Positions 9,864-20,383 of a stretch of DNA of 64,000 nucleotides are shown here, piece by piece (positions within the stretch are counted from its first letter, which is position 1; each line of letters begins with the position of its first letter). Source of the DNA: a bacterium (GTDB lineage Bacteria > UBA8248); the NCBI GenBank assembly GCA_965199855.1, contig OZ241326.1:2304001-2368000 (forward strand). The letters run 5' to 3'. The notes beneath the pieces are model-generated. The model was not told the DNA's origin. It worked only from the letters and a program-made list of their open reading frames with translations, and ran no database searches. The translations under genes were made by a program, and so were the position numbers.

Positions 9864-11159
9864 CTACGGGATCGATCGCGCCGCGTCCCGGACGAAGCGG
9901 CCCAGGCTCCGCCGCGCCGCCTCCCCGAAATTCCCGAACATCTCGAGCGTGGCCCGCTTGCTGCCCTCCACCGCCGGCTGATCGAAGGGGTTGACGCCGC
10001 GCAGCAGGCCGCCATAGACGGCCGCCCACTGCCAGAGCGCGATGAGGCGGCACACGTCGCCGACGCCCAGGGAATCGAGCGTGAGGACGAGATGGGGCGT
10101 CCCCCTCCGCTCGGCCTCCCGAACGACGCCCGCGTGCTCCATGTGAAGAAATTCCGCGCAGGTGCTCTCGCCTCCCTCGAGAGGCTCATCTCCCTCGAGG
10201 CGCTCTACGCGCAGCGAGAGGCCCATCATGCTCCCGCGTCCGCCGAAATAGCGCTGGTTCGTGTGGTGCTGGCTCTCGGGCGCCGCCGCCGCGAGAATCG
10301 TCTGGCCCAGGCCCTCCTTGCAGTAGCTCTCATGGACGAGCTGGACGATGAGCTCGCCCGCCCCCGAGAGCGCGTGGGCGTATATCGGCATGAACGCCTC
10401 CGTGAAGCCCAGCTCTTCCGCCCGCCACAGCGCCAGCGCCAGATATTTCGCCACGTTCTCGCGGAGGGGAGAGTCGGGGCGAAGCGTTCGGTGGGCGTCG
10501 GCGAAGGCTTTGTCTATCTCGCGGACGAGCGCCGTGCTCCCCTCCAGCATCGCCAGGGGCAGGAGCGCGCTGTTCTGCGCGGCGGTGAACCGCCCGCCCA
10601 CCTCGTCGGGATGCGGAAAGGTCGGCAGCCTCCTCGCCTCGACCATCGAGGCGAGCTTGCTGGGGCCGGATGAGGTGATCGCCACCGCCTCATACCCGCG
10701 CGCCAGCAGAAGCGCCGTCTCCTGAATCACGTTTTCCGTGCTCCCCGACTTGCTCACGGGAACCAGCAGGGCGCTGCCGGGATGGAGCGCGCCGTCCGCG
10801 CGCAGGAGCTCGCCGAGCAGGCCGCTCGCGTCCGTGCCGTCGAGCAGATGCAGTTTCCGGGCAAAGCCCCGCCCGGACAGGGCGCGATAGAGCGCCCATG
10901 CGTTTCGTATCGAGCCGCCGTTTCCGACCACGACGACGTGCGCCTTCCCCTCCGCCGGCGCGAGCATGGCCTCCATGCCGTCCACGTCCGCGCGCTCGAC
11001 GGCGAAACGGGGCATGGCCTCTCCCCCCTGATGGCGCGCTATCATCTCCCCGCATTTCGCGGCGTCGTCCAGAAGGTCTCTTTTCTCGCGCCAGAGGGCG
11101 TCCTTTCCCCGCTCGCCGAGAGGCGCCTCGAAACTCCTCGCATACAGATGCAGGCCCAA
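9864..11159 (-). CDS. pgi: Divergent glucose-6-phosphate isomerase (SIS domains)
   Basis: GNGGS, SKSGSTE, VGGRF, QLVHES, NPFDQPAVEGSK. Confidence 0.7.
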   Translation of the reverse strand: MGLHLYARSFEAPLGERGKDALWREKRDLLDDAAKCGEMIARHQGGEAMPRFAVERADVDGMEAMLAPAEGKAHVVVVGNGGSIRNAWALYRALSGRGFARKLHLLDGTDASGLLGELLRADGALHPGSALLVPVSKSGSTENVIQETALLLARGYEAVAITSSGPSKLASMVEARRLPTFPHPDEVGGRFTAAQNSALLPLAMLEGSTALVREIDKAFADAHRTLRPDSPLRENVAKYLALALWRAEELGFTEAFMPIYAHALSGAGELIVQLVHESYCKEGLGQTILAAAAPESQHHTNQRYFGGRGSMMGLSLRVERLEGDEPLEGGESTCAEFLHMEHAGVVREAERRGTPHLVLTLDSLGVGDVCRLIALWQWAAVYGGLLRGVNPFDQPAVEGSKRATLEMFGNFGEAARRSLGRFVRDAARSIP

Positions 11160-11172
11160 AACCGCGCTCCTC

Positions 11173-12054
11173 TTAAAGCGGCGAAGAAGCCTCGCCGCCG
11201 ATCGGCCCCTCGTCCAGATGCGCCCGGAAGCTGCGGACGACGATGGGAATGATGCCGGAGGGGGGAAGATTCAGCCGCCCGAAGGCGAACGCCGCCGCCT
11301 CTTCCGCCGAAAGTTCTCCCCCGCTTCGCGCCAGAGCCTCCTGAACCAGGGCGTCGATTTCCCTCAAATAGTTCGCCCCGCTTTCGAGATGGGCGGCGAT
11401 CGCCTCGTCGCGCGAGACCTCCCGGCTCATGGCGGAGAGCAAAACCCTCGCTCCCTCGACGGCTTTCAGCCTCTCCAGGCTCCGCAGGGTGGACGCCACG
11501 CCCTCGTAGATGGGCGGCGCGCCCGGCTCGGGCAGAACGTCCCCGCAGATGAGCGCGCCCTCCCCGGGAAGGAAGAAGGAGAGGCCGCCCGCCGAGTGCC
11601 CGGGGGTGCGCATCACCCGGAGGGCGATTCCGCCCGGGGATATTTCATCCCCCTCCGAGAGGAAGCCCGCGACCTTCGAGGGGCCCTCCGCCGCCTCGCG
11701 CATCCGCCCCACCGGGCGGACGCGATGCTGATGGTCGAGGTCCTCTATCATCCTTCTCTCGGTTTCGGACGCCAGAAACTCGGGCCGCGCCCTCTCCTCT
11801 ATCGCCCCGCAGCCGCCGACGTGGTCGAAATGCGAATGCGTGAGCAGAACGTAGGCTATCTCGTCCGGCTTTCGCCCGATGGATTCGACGTAGTCGAATA
11901 TCCGGGAAGCGGTGGCGGCGACGCCCGCGTCGATGAGGGTGAGCGTCTCGCCCTCGAGAATATGGGAGGTCACGAACCTGGGAATCCGCGCCCCCTCCGG
12001 CGTCTCGATTCCGAATTCCAGCCAGAGGCAATGGACGCGAGGGGTGATTCGCAT
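11173..12054 (-). CDS. MBL-fold metallo-hydrolase
   Basis: LIDAG, THSHFDHVG, TPGHS, CGD. Confidence 0.8.
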   Translation of the reverse strand: MRITPRVHCLWLEFGIETPEGARIPRFVTSHILEGETLTLIDAGVAATASRIFDYVESIGRKPDEIAYVLLTHSHFDHVGGCGAIEERARPEFLASETERRMIEDLDHQHRVRPVGRMREAAEGPSKVAGFLSEGDEISPGGIALRVMRTPGHSAGGLSFFLPGEGALICGDVLPEPGAPPIYEGVASTLRSLERLKAVEGARVLLSAMSREVSRDEAIAAHLESGANYLREIDALVQEALARSGGELSAEEAAAFAFGRLNLPPSGIIPIVVRSFRAHLDEGPIGGEASSPL

Positions 12055-12462
12055 GAAGCCATCCGAGGCGGGCGGAGAAAATCTTCCGGTTCACGGGACG
12101 CCCGCCGCCCGACCGGAGCGCCCGCGCCCCGGGAGCAATCTACCAGAACGCCCCGCCGGCTGAGAAGCGCCCCCGCCGGGCGAACGCGCGGCGGCGCGTC
12201 CCTGAAAAAATCATTGAAGCCGACCACCCGTTTTTCCCGGGGAAAAGCCCCCGTTCGCCTCCTGAAGAATTTCCCCCGGACGCCCTCAGGCCGCTCCGTT
12301 CATTTTTATGATATTTTTCCCGATATCGGCGTATTTTTTTCTTGTTCCGCCCGCTTTTCTTGCTGTATAAATCCGCCTTGCGGTTTTCCGGGGCAGCGCG
12401 CCCGAAAGCCGCGAAACCACCGCCGCCGGGCAGGAAGAACCACCTTCGCTGAGGGCAAGACG

Positions 12463-12882
12463 ATGAACGCGACCACCCTGGGCTTCACGCTTCTCTCCGT
12501 CCTTTGCTTCGGGGTATGGGGACTCTTCATGAAGATGGGGCAGGAGCGCCTGGGCGCGCTGCCCCACCTCATGGGAATGGGGCTGACCGCCGCCGCCGTC
12601 GTCGCCCTCGCCCTGATGAGCAGGCGCTTCCCCCTGCCGCCGATGCGGACGGACGTCTGGCTGCCCGTCGTCGCCACGCTGGTCACCCTGGTGGGGATGC
12701 TCTGCCTGGTCATCGCCCTCTCGAAGGCGGGCGGGCAGATCGCGGGCGTGGTGGCGCTCTCGGCGCTCTACCCGGGGGTCACGGCGGTGATGGCGGCGAT
12801 CTTCTTGGGCGAGGGCTTCTCGGTCGCCAAGATGGGCGGGCTGGCCTGCGCGGCGCTCGCCGCGTTCCTCTTCACGCGCTAG
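12463..12882 (+). CDS. Single-domain EamA/DMT family transporter
   Basis: Five hydrophobic segments, LSALYP, FLGE motif. Confidence 0.75.
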   Translation: MNATTLGFTLLSVLCFGVWGLFMKMGQERLGALPHLMGMGLTAAAVVALALMSRRFPLPPMRTDVWLPVVATLVTLVGMLCLVIALSKAGGQIAGVVALSALYPGVTAVMAAIFLGEGFSVAKMGGLACAALAAFLFTR

Positions 12883-12899
12883 GAGCGCGCGCCCGGCCC

Positions 12900-15047
12900 A
12901 TGACGCCCCAGCGCGGACTCCGCATCGGGATCGACACGGGCGGCACGTTCACCGACGTCGTCGGCGTCCGCTCGGACACCGGCGAGGTGTTCACCACCAA
13001 GACGCCCACGACGCCGGAGGACTTCAGCGAGGGACTGCTCCGGGGGATCCGCAAAATCCTGGAGGAAGCCAAGATCCGCCCCGCCCTCGTGAGCGGGGTG
13101 TTTCACGGCACGACCGTGGCGACGAACGCCATCCTCGAGCGCCGCTTCGAGAACCTGGGGTTCATCGTCACGGAGGGGTTTCGCCATCTTCTGGAGATCG
13201 GCCGGGCGAACGACGCCGGCCGCGAGACCTACGCCGCTCCCCTCCTGCAGGGGCCGGGAGAGGCGCTCGTCCCTCCCGAGCGGATCCGGGAGGCGCGCGA
13301 GCGCGTCTCCGCCTCCGGCGAAATTCTCCGCCCCCTCAGGAAAGAAGACGCGCGCGGGCTCGCGCGGTGGTTCAGGGCGCGGCGCATCGGCTCCGTGGGG
13401 GTCTGCCTGCTCCACGCCTGCGCCGAGCCCGCGCACGAGCGCGTCATTCTCGAAGCCTTCGGGGAGGAATACCCCGAGTGCTTCGTGAGCGTATCGAGCG
13501 AGGTGATGCCCGAGCCCGGCGAATACGAGCGCGCCGTCACCACCCTGCTCGACGCCTGCGTCAAGCCGCCCGTCAAGTCCTATCTCGAGCGCAGCGCGCG
13601 GAAAATCGAGGAGGCGCTGGGCGGCGCGCCCTTCCTCGTGATGAAGAGCAACGGCGGCGTCTCCACCGCGAGGGAAATCGCCAAAAGGCCGATAGGCACC
13701 GTGCTGTCGGGGCCGGCGGCGGGGGCGCTCTCGGCGGCCTACCTGGGAAAGCTCTCGGGCCACGAGGCGCTCATCACCCTGGACGGCGGCGGCACCTCCA
13801 CCGACATCGCCGTCGTCGAGGGCGGCGAGGCCAGGCGCGCCACCCGCCACCGGCTCGACGAGTTTCACCTGCGAATGCCCATGATCGACATGGTCGCCAT
13901 CGGCACGGGGGGCGGCTCCATCGCCTGGCGAAGCGCCGAGGGAAGGCTCCGCGTCGGGCCGAGGAGCGCGGGGGCGGACCCGGGGCCCGTCTGCTACGGG
14001 AAGGGGGGGGAGGAGCCCACCCTCACCGACGCGAACCTGCTGCTCGCCCGCAGCCCCCTCCACCTGGCGGGCGGCGAGGTGAAGCTCAACAAGGCGCTCG
14101 CCATGAAGGCCATGCGCGATCTGGCGCGCCGCTTCGACATGGACCCCTACGAGATGGCCGCGGGCGTCGTCGAAATCGCCGCCTGGAACCAGGCCCACGC
14201 CGCGCGGCGGGCGACGGCGCAAAGGGGGGCGTCGCCGAAAAACTTCGGACTCATGGCCTTCGGAGGCTCCGGGCCGCTCACGGCCGGCCTCGCGGCCGAG
14301 CTTCTGGGCGTGGACGCCGTCATCGTTCCTCCCTTCGCGGGCATGACGAGCGCCTTCGGGCTGGAGGTCGTCGATCTGGTGAACGATCACGCGGCGGCCC
14401 ACCGCCAATCGGAAGAAAACCTCCGCCCCGAGGCCCTCGCCGACGCCTATGAGGAACTCGAGGCCCGCGCCGACGCGGCGCTGGCCGCCGAGGGCGTCCC
14501 CGAACACCGCCGCGAGATGCGGCGCGCGGCCGAGATGCGCTGCCAGGGAGAGGCGACCGAAATCGAGGTGGACGTGCCCGGAGGCTATCTCACCCCCTCG
14601 ACGCTGGCGGAGGCGATCGAGCGCTTCCACCTGCTCTACCGGCGCCGCCACGGCCGCAGCCGCAAGGGGAGCCGCCCGGTCGAAATCGCGCGCCTGCGCG
14701 TCACGGGCGTGGGCCTGACGGAGCCGCCCAACCTCCCCCTGATTCCCGCGGGCGACGACAGCCCCGAGGAAGCCTACAAGGGCGCGCGCCTCGTCTGGTT
14801 CCGGGAGCTGGGCGGGTTTCACGACACGCCCGTCTATTACCGGGAAAGGCTGCTGGAGGGAAACTGCATCCCGGGGCCCGCCGTCGTGGAGAGCTTCGGC
14901 AGCACCACGGCGATCTTCCCGCGCCAGGAGGCGCGGGTGGACAGATACGGGAATCTGGTGATGCGCTTCCGCTCCGAAATCCCCGAGCGCGGCGAGCGCG
15001 CCGGCAGGCCGACGGGGGCGCACGGCGTGGGAGCGGCGCGGGGATGA
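12900..15047 (+). CDS. Hydantoinase A / oxoprolinase family ATP-binding subunit
   Basis: GIDTGGTFTD, HGTTVATNA, SGPAAG, GGTSTD, SAGADPGP, PTLTDAN. Confidence 0.9.
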   Translation: MTPQRGLRIGIDTGGTFTDVVGVRSDTGEVFTTKTPTTPEDFSEGLLRGIRKILEEAKIRPALVSGVFHGTTVATNAILERRFENLGFIVTEGFRHLLEIGRANDAGRETYAAPLLQGPGEALVPPERIREARERVSASGEILRPLRKEDARGLARWFRARRIGSVGVCLLHACAEPAHERVILEAFGEEYPECFVSVSSEVMPEPGEYERAVTTLLDACVKPPVKSYLERSARKIEEALGGAPFLVMKSNGGVSTAREIAKRPIGTVLSGPAAGALSAAYLGKLSGHEALITLDGGGTSTDIAVVEGGEARRATRHRLDEFHLRMPMIDMVAIGTGGGSIAWRSAEGRLRVGPRSAGADPGPVCYGKGGEEPTLTDANLLLARSPLHLAGGEVKLNKALAMKAMRDLARRFDMDPYEMAAGVVEIAAWNQAHAARRATAQRGASPKNFGLMAFGGSGPLTAGLAAELLGVDAVIVPPFAGMTSAFGLEVVDLVNDHAAAHRQSEENLRPEALADAYEELEARADAALAAEGVPEHRREMRRAAEMRCQGEATEIEVDVPGGYLTPSTLAEAIERFHLLYRRRHGRSRKGSRPVEIARLRVTGVGLTEPPNLPLIPAGDDSPEEAYKGARLVWFRELGGFHDTPVYYRERLLEGNCIPGPAVVESFGSTTAIFPRQEARVDRYGNLVMRFRSEIPERGERAGRPTGAHGVGAARG

Positions 15048-16755
15048 ACGCGAACCCCGTCGTGAGCGAAATCCTCGCGGGCGCGCTGCGCGCCATCGAG
15101 GAGGAGGTCGAGGAGCTTCTCGCCCGCGTCTGGCGCAGCCCCTCGCTGCGGGACGCGGGCGACTTCTCCGTCTGCCTGTTCGACCGCTTCGGCCGCGCCC
15201 TCACGGGCCGGGCGCTGGCCTCGGGCCCCGCCCCCGTCCTCCGCGCGCATCCCGAAATCGCCGAGGGCGACGTCTTTCTCCACAACGACCCCTACGCGCC
15301 GCCCGCGGGCCTGGGCGAGGCGCCCGAGCTGTGCCTCACCCGCCCCCTGTTCGCGGACGGCGCGCTCCTGGCCTTCCTGCAGATCAGGGGACGCCACGAC
15401 GACGTGGGCGGCGCGCTGCCCGGCGGGAGAAGCGGCGGGGCGCGGGAGAGCTACCACGAGGCCTCCTCGTTCCGCCGGTGCGAATCGCGCGGAGGGACGA
15501 GACCGTCCGCGACGTCAGGGCCCTGCTTCTGCGGAACAGCCGGCGGGCCCGCCACCTGGGCGACGACATCGACGCGCAGCTGGGCGCGCTCCGGGTGGGC
15601 GCGGCGCGCCTTGCGGATTTGACGCGCCGATACGGGGCGGAGAACCTCTCGGCCTGCTTCGCCGATCTGTTGAGAGAGTGCGAGCTCGCCTTCCGGGAGC
15701 GGCTCATCCCGCGGATTCCCGAAAAAAGCTGGACGGCGCGCGCGGCCGTGGAATCGGACGGCCTGGACGGCCCCCACGCGCTCGAACTCACGCTCTCGCG
15801 CCGCGGGGACGCCCTGCGCGTCGCGCTGGACGCCGCCCCCCAGGCGCAGGGGCCGATAAACTGCCCTCTGGCGGGAGAAGGCGCGCAGTGCCTGCTCCGC
15901 CTGCTCGCGCCCGCCCTGCTCCGCCTGGAGGAGGACGCCGCCGAGTTCCCCCTGAACGACGGCGCCCTGCGGGCGTTCGAGGTCGGACTGCCGGGGCCCG
16001 GAACGCTGCTGACCCCGCGCTTTCCCGCGCCGACGGGCCTGCGGGCGCTCACGCTGGGGAAGCTGCTCTCCGCGTTCGGCGAGGCGCTCTTCGAGGCGTC
16101 GGGCGGGCGGGCGCCCGCGGGCTCCGAGAGCCTGCGAACGCTCGCCTTCTGTGGGCATGACGCGCGAGGCGGCTTCCACCTCCTCCGGGAGGCGCTGGGC
16201 GCGGGCGCGGGCGCGGGCGCGGGGGGAGACGGCGCGTCCGCGACTCCCCCCGTCGGCGGCGCCGGCGGCATGTCCGTCGAGGCGATGGAGGCGCGCTATC
16301 CCGTGCGGGTCGAGGCGATGGGGCTGGTCGAGGACTCGGGCGGCGCGGGCAAAAACCGGGGCGGCCTGGGCGTCTATAGGGAATACCGCCTGCTCATGGA
16401 CGGCGAGGCGGCGAGCGCGGCGGGCGGCGCGGAGGCGCCTCCTTCGGGACGGGCCGGCGGGTCGGCCGGAGCTCCCTATCGCATCGAGCGCCGCGCCGGA
16501 AGGGAGCGCGTCTCGATGCCGGCGGTCTGCGCGGCCGTCCCGTTTTCGGACGGCGACGCGATTCGCGTCGCGACCCCCGGCGGCGGCGGGTGGGGCGACC
16601 CCATGGAGCGCGATCCCCAAGCCGCGCGCGCCGACGTTCTGCGCGGCTTCGTCTCCAGGGAGGCGGCGGAATCCCTCTACGGGGTGGTTCTGGGGCGCGC
16701 GCCCGGCTTCGGGATCGACGAGAGCGAGACGCGCAGGCGCAGGCGGGGAAAATAA
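15044..16755 (+). pseudogene. Hydantoinase B / oxoprolinase subunit interrupted by a 1-nt frameshift near 15461 (may be a sequencing error)
   Basis: N-part (NDPY, HDDVGG, ...RESYHE) and C-part (GLLVPPVRI..., DSGGAG, TPGGGGWGDP) join if one G is added in GAGG at 15458-15461. Confidence 0.75.
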
Positions 16756-17991
<1,236 letters not shown>

Positions 17992-17998
17992 AAACGGC

Positions 17999-19222
17999 AT
18001 GGGCACGATAACGAGCGCCATCGAGAACGGCGCGGCCAAGCTCGGCGTGGAGGACGTGGACGTCGCGGGCAGGCGGGTCTTCCTGCGCGTCGACTTCAAC
18101 GTGCCGCTCGACGATCAGGGACACATCACGGACGACGCGCGCATCCGGGCGGCGCTGCCCACCATCAACTATCTGCTGGACGAGGGCGCGCGGGTCGTCA
18201 TCGGCTCCCACCTCGGCCGTCCGAAGGGGAGGTTCGACGCCAAAAACTCCCTCGCGCCGGTCGGCAAGCGTCTGGCGCGCCTGCTGGACAAGGAATGCCC
18301 CCTGGCGTCCGACCCCGCCGACCCGGAGACCAGAAGCCGCGCGGAGAAGATGAAGCCGGGCGAGGTGCTCCTGCTGGAGAATCTCCGGTTTCACCCGGGC
18401 GAGGAGAAAAACGACGAGAAATTCGCCCGGAAGCTCGCCTCCCTGGCCGACCTCTACATCGACGACGCCTTCGGCAACGCCCACCGCTCCCACGCCTCCA
18501 TGTCGGCGATCACGAAATTCCTGCGTCCCGCCGTCGCGGGCTTTCTGATGATCAAGGAGGTGAGCTACCTGAGCGGCGCGGTGAACAACCCGATGCGCCC
18601 GGTGGTGGCGATTCTCGGCGGGGCGAAGGCGAGCGCGAAAATCGGCATCGTCGAGCAGATATTGCCGAAGATGGACAAGATCATCCTGGGCGGCGGCATG
18701 GCGGGCACCTTTCACCGCGCCCTGGGCTTCGAGATGGGCAACAGCCTCGTGGAGGAGCACATGATGGACACGGCGCGCTCCATCATGAACAAGGCGCAGG
18801 AGCTAGGGGTGAAGTTCTACCTTCCGAGCGACTACGTGGTGGCGGACAAGTTCGAGGCGTCGGCGGAAACCAAGGTGGTGCCCGCCCAGGAGGTGCCCGA
18901 GGACTGGTTCGCCCTGGACATCGGCCCGGCGAGCACCACCCTGTTCGGCGAGGCGCTCCAGGACGCGAAGACCATCATCTGGAACGGCCCGATGGGCGTG
19001 TTCGAGTTGGACGCCTTCTCGCGCGGGACATACGCCATGGTGAACCACGTGGCGAATTCCTACGCCCTGACGATCGTGGGCGGCGGCGACACGGACGTGG
19101 CCGTCCACGCGGCGGGAGAATCGCGCCGCATCTCCTACATCAGCACGGGCGGCGGCGCCTTCCTGGAGCTGCTCGAGGGCAAGGAGCTGCCCGGCCTGGC
19201 GTGCCTGACGGACAAGCGCTGA
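17999..19222 (+). CDS. pgk: Phosphoglycerate kinase
   Basis: RVDFNVP, SHLGRP, LLENLRF, WNGPMGVFE, ISTGGGA. Confidence 0.97.
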   Translation: MGTITSAIENGAAKLGVEDVDVAGRRVFLRVDFNVPLDDQGHITDDARIRAALPTINYLLDEGARVVIGSHLGRPKGRFDAKNSLAPVGKRLARLLDKECPLASDPADPETRSRAEKMKPGEVLLLENLRFHPGEEKNDEKFARKLASLADLYIDDAFGNAHRSHASMSAITKFLRPAVAGFLMIKEVSYLSGAVNNPMRPVVAILGGAKASAKIGIVEQILPKMDKIILGGGMAGTFHRALGFEMGNSLVEEHMMDTARSIMNKAQELGVKFYLPSDYVVADKFEASAETKVVPAQEVPEDWFALDIGPASTTLFGEALQDAKTIIWNGPMGVFELDAFSRGTYAMVNHVANSYALTIVGGGDTDVAVHAAGESRRISYISTGGGAFLELLEGKELPGLACLTDKR

Positions 19223-19244
19223 GGCTTCCCGGGAGGAATTCTCG

Positions 19245-20027
19245 ATGCGGCGCAAGCTGGTGGCCGGCAACTGGAAGATGAACAAGACGATACCCGAGGC
19301 GCGGACGCTCGCGCGCGAGGTGGCCGAGGGCGCCGCGCGGGCGGGCCTCCCGGGGGTGGACGCGCTTCTGGCGCCGCCCTATCCCGCGCTTCACGCGGTG
19401 GCGGAGGCGGTGGCCGGAAGCGGGGTCGGCGTCGCCGGACAGAACTGCTCCCATCATCCCGAGGGCGCGCGCACCGGCGAGGTGAGCGTCTCGATGCTCA
19501 GGGACGCGGGCGCGACCCACGTCATCCTCGGGCACAGCGAAAGGCGGGAGACGGCGGGAGAGGGCGACGCCCTCATCGCGCGAAAGGCGGCGGCGGCGAG
19601 CGCGGGCGGCCTCGTTCCGATTCTCTGCCTCGGGGAGCCGCTCCCCACGAGGCGGGCGGGCGCGGCGCTCGCGCGCATCGCCCATCAGGTGGAGCTCTCC
19701 ATCGAGGGAGCCTATCCCTCCCCTCCCGCCGGCGGCCTCGTCATAGCGTATGAGCCCGTGTGGGCCATCGGCACGGGCCTCACGGCCGCGCCCGAGCAGG
19801 CGCAGGAGGCGCACGCCTTCATCCGAGAGCGCCTCGGCAGGGCCTACGGCTTGGAATGGGCGCGGGAAGCGCGTATCCTCTACGGTGGCAGCGTGAAGCC
19901 GGACAACGCGGAGGCGCTGTTCGCGCAGCCGGACATCGACGGCGGCCTCATCGGCGGGGCGAGCCTGAACAGCGGGGATTTTCTGAAAATCATCGGCGCC
20001 GCGGAGGCGGCTTCCGCATCGAGGTGA
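19245..20027 (+). CDS. tpiA: Triosephosphate isomerase
   Basis: AGNWKMN, GHSERR, AYEPVWAIGTG, YGGSV. Confidence 0.96.
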   Translation: MRRKLVAGNWKMNKTIPEARTLAREVAEGAARAGLPGVDALLAPPYPALHAVAEAVAGSGVGVAGQNCSHHPEGARTGEVSVSMLRDAGATHVILGHSERRETAGEGDALIARKAAAASAGGLVPILCLGEPLPTRRAGAALARIAHQVELSIEGAYPSPPAGGLVIAYEPVWAIGTGLTAAPEQAQEAHAFIRERLGRAYGLEWAREARILYGGSVKPDNAEALFAQPDIDGGLIGGASLNSGDFLKIIGAAEAASASR

Positions 20028-20040
20028 GAAGAGCGAGACA

Positions 20041-20370
20041 ATGACCATCGTCCTGACAATCCTGCACGTAGCCGTCGCGATCTGCCTGGTGCTGTCCGTG
20101 CTTCTCCAGGCGGGAAAGGGCGGGGGCATCGGCGCCGCCTTCGGAGGCTCCAGCGACACGATGTTCGGCGCGCGGGGGCCGGTGAGCTTCCTGAGCAAGC
20201 TCACGACCGGCGCCGCCGTCCTCTTCATGGCGACCTCGCTCCTGCTCACCTACATCGGCTCGCAAAGCGCGAACCGGGGCGCCTCGATAGTGCCCTCCGC
20301 GCCCGTCAGGAGCGCGCCGGCGCAGCCTCCCGCCGCACCCCCGAAGCCGGCCGCCCCCGCGAACAAATAA
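20041..20370 (+). CDS. secG: Preprotein translocase subunit SecG
   Basis: VLLQAGKGGGIGAAFGG, two TM segments, position after tpiA. Confidence 0.93.
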   Translation: MTIVLTILHVAVAICLVLSVLLQAGKGGGIGAAFGGSSDTMFGARGPVSFLSKLTTGAAVLFMATSLLLTYIGSQSANRGASIVPSAPVRSAPAQPPAAPPKPAAPANK

Positions 20371-20383
20371 GCGAGGGCGGAGG

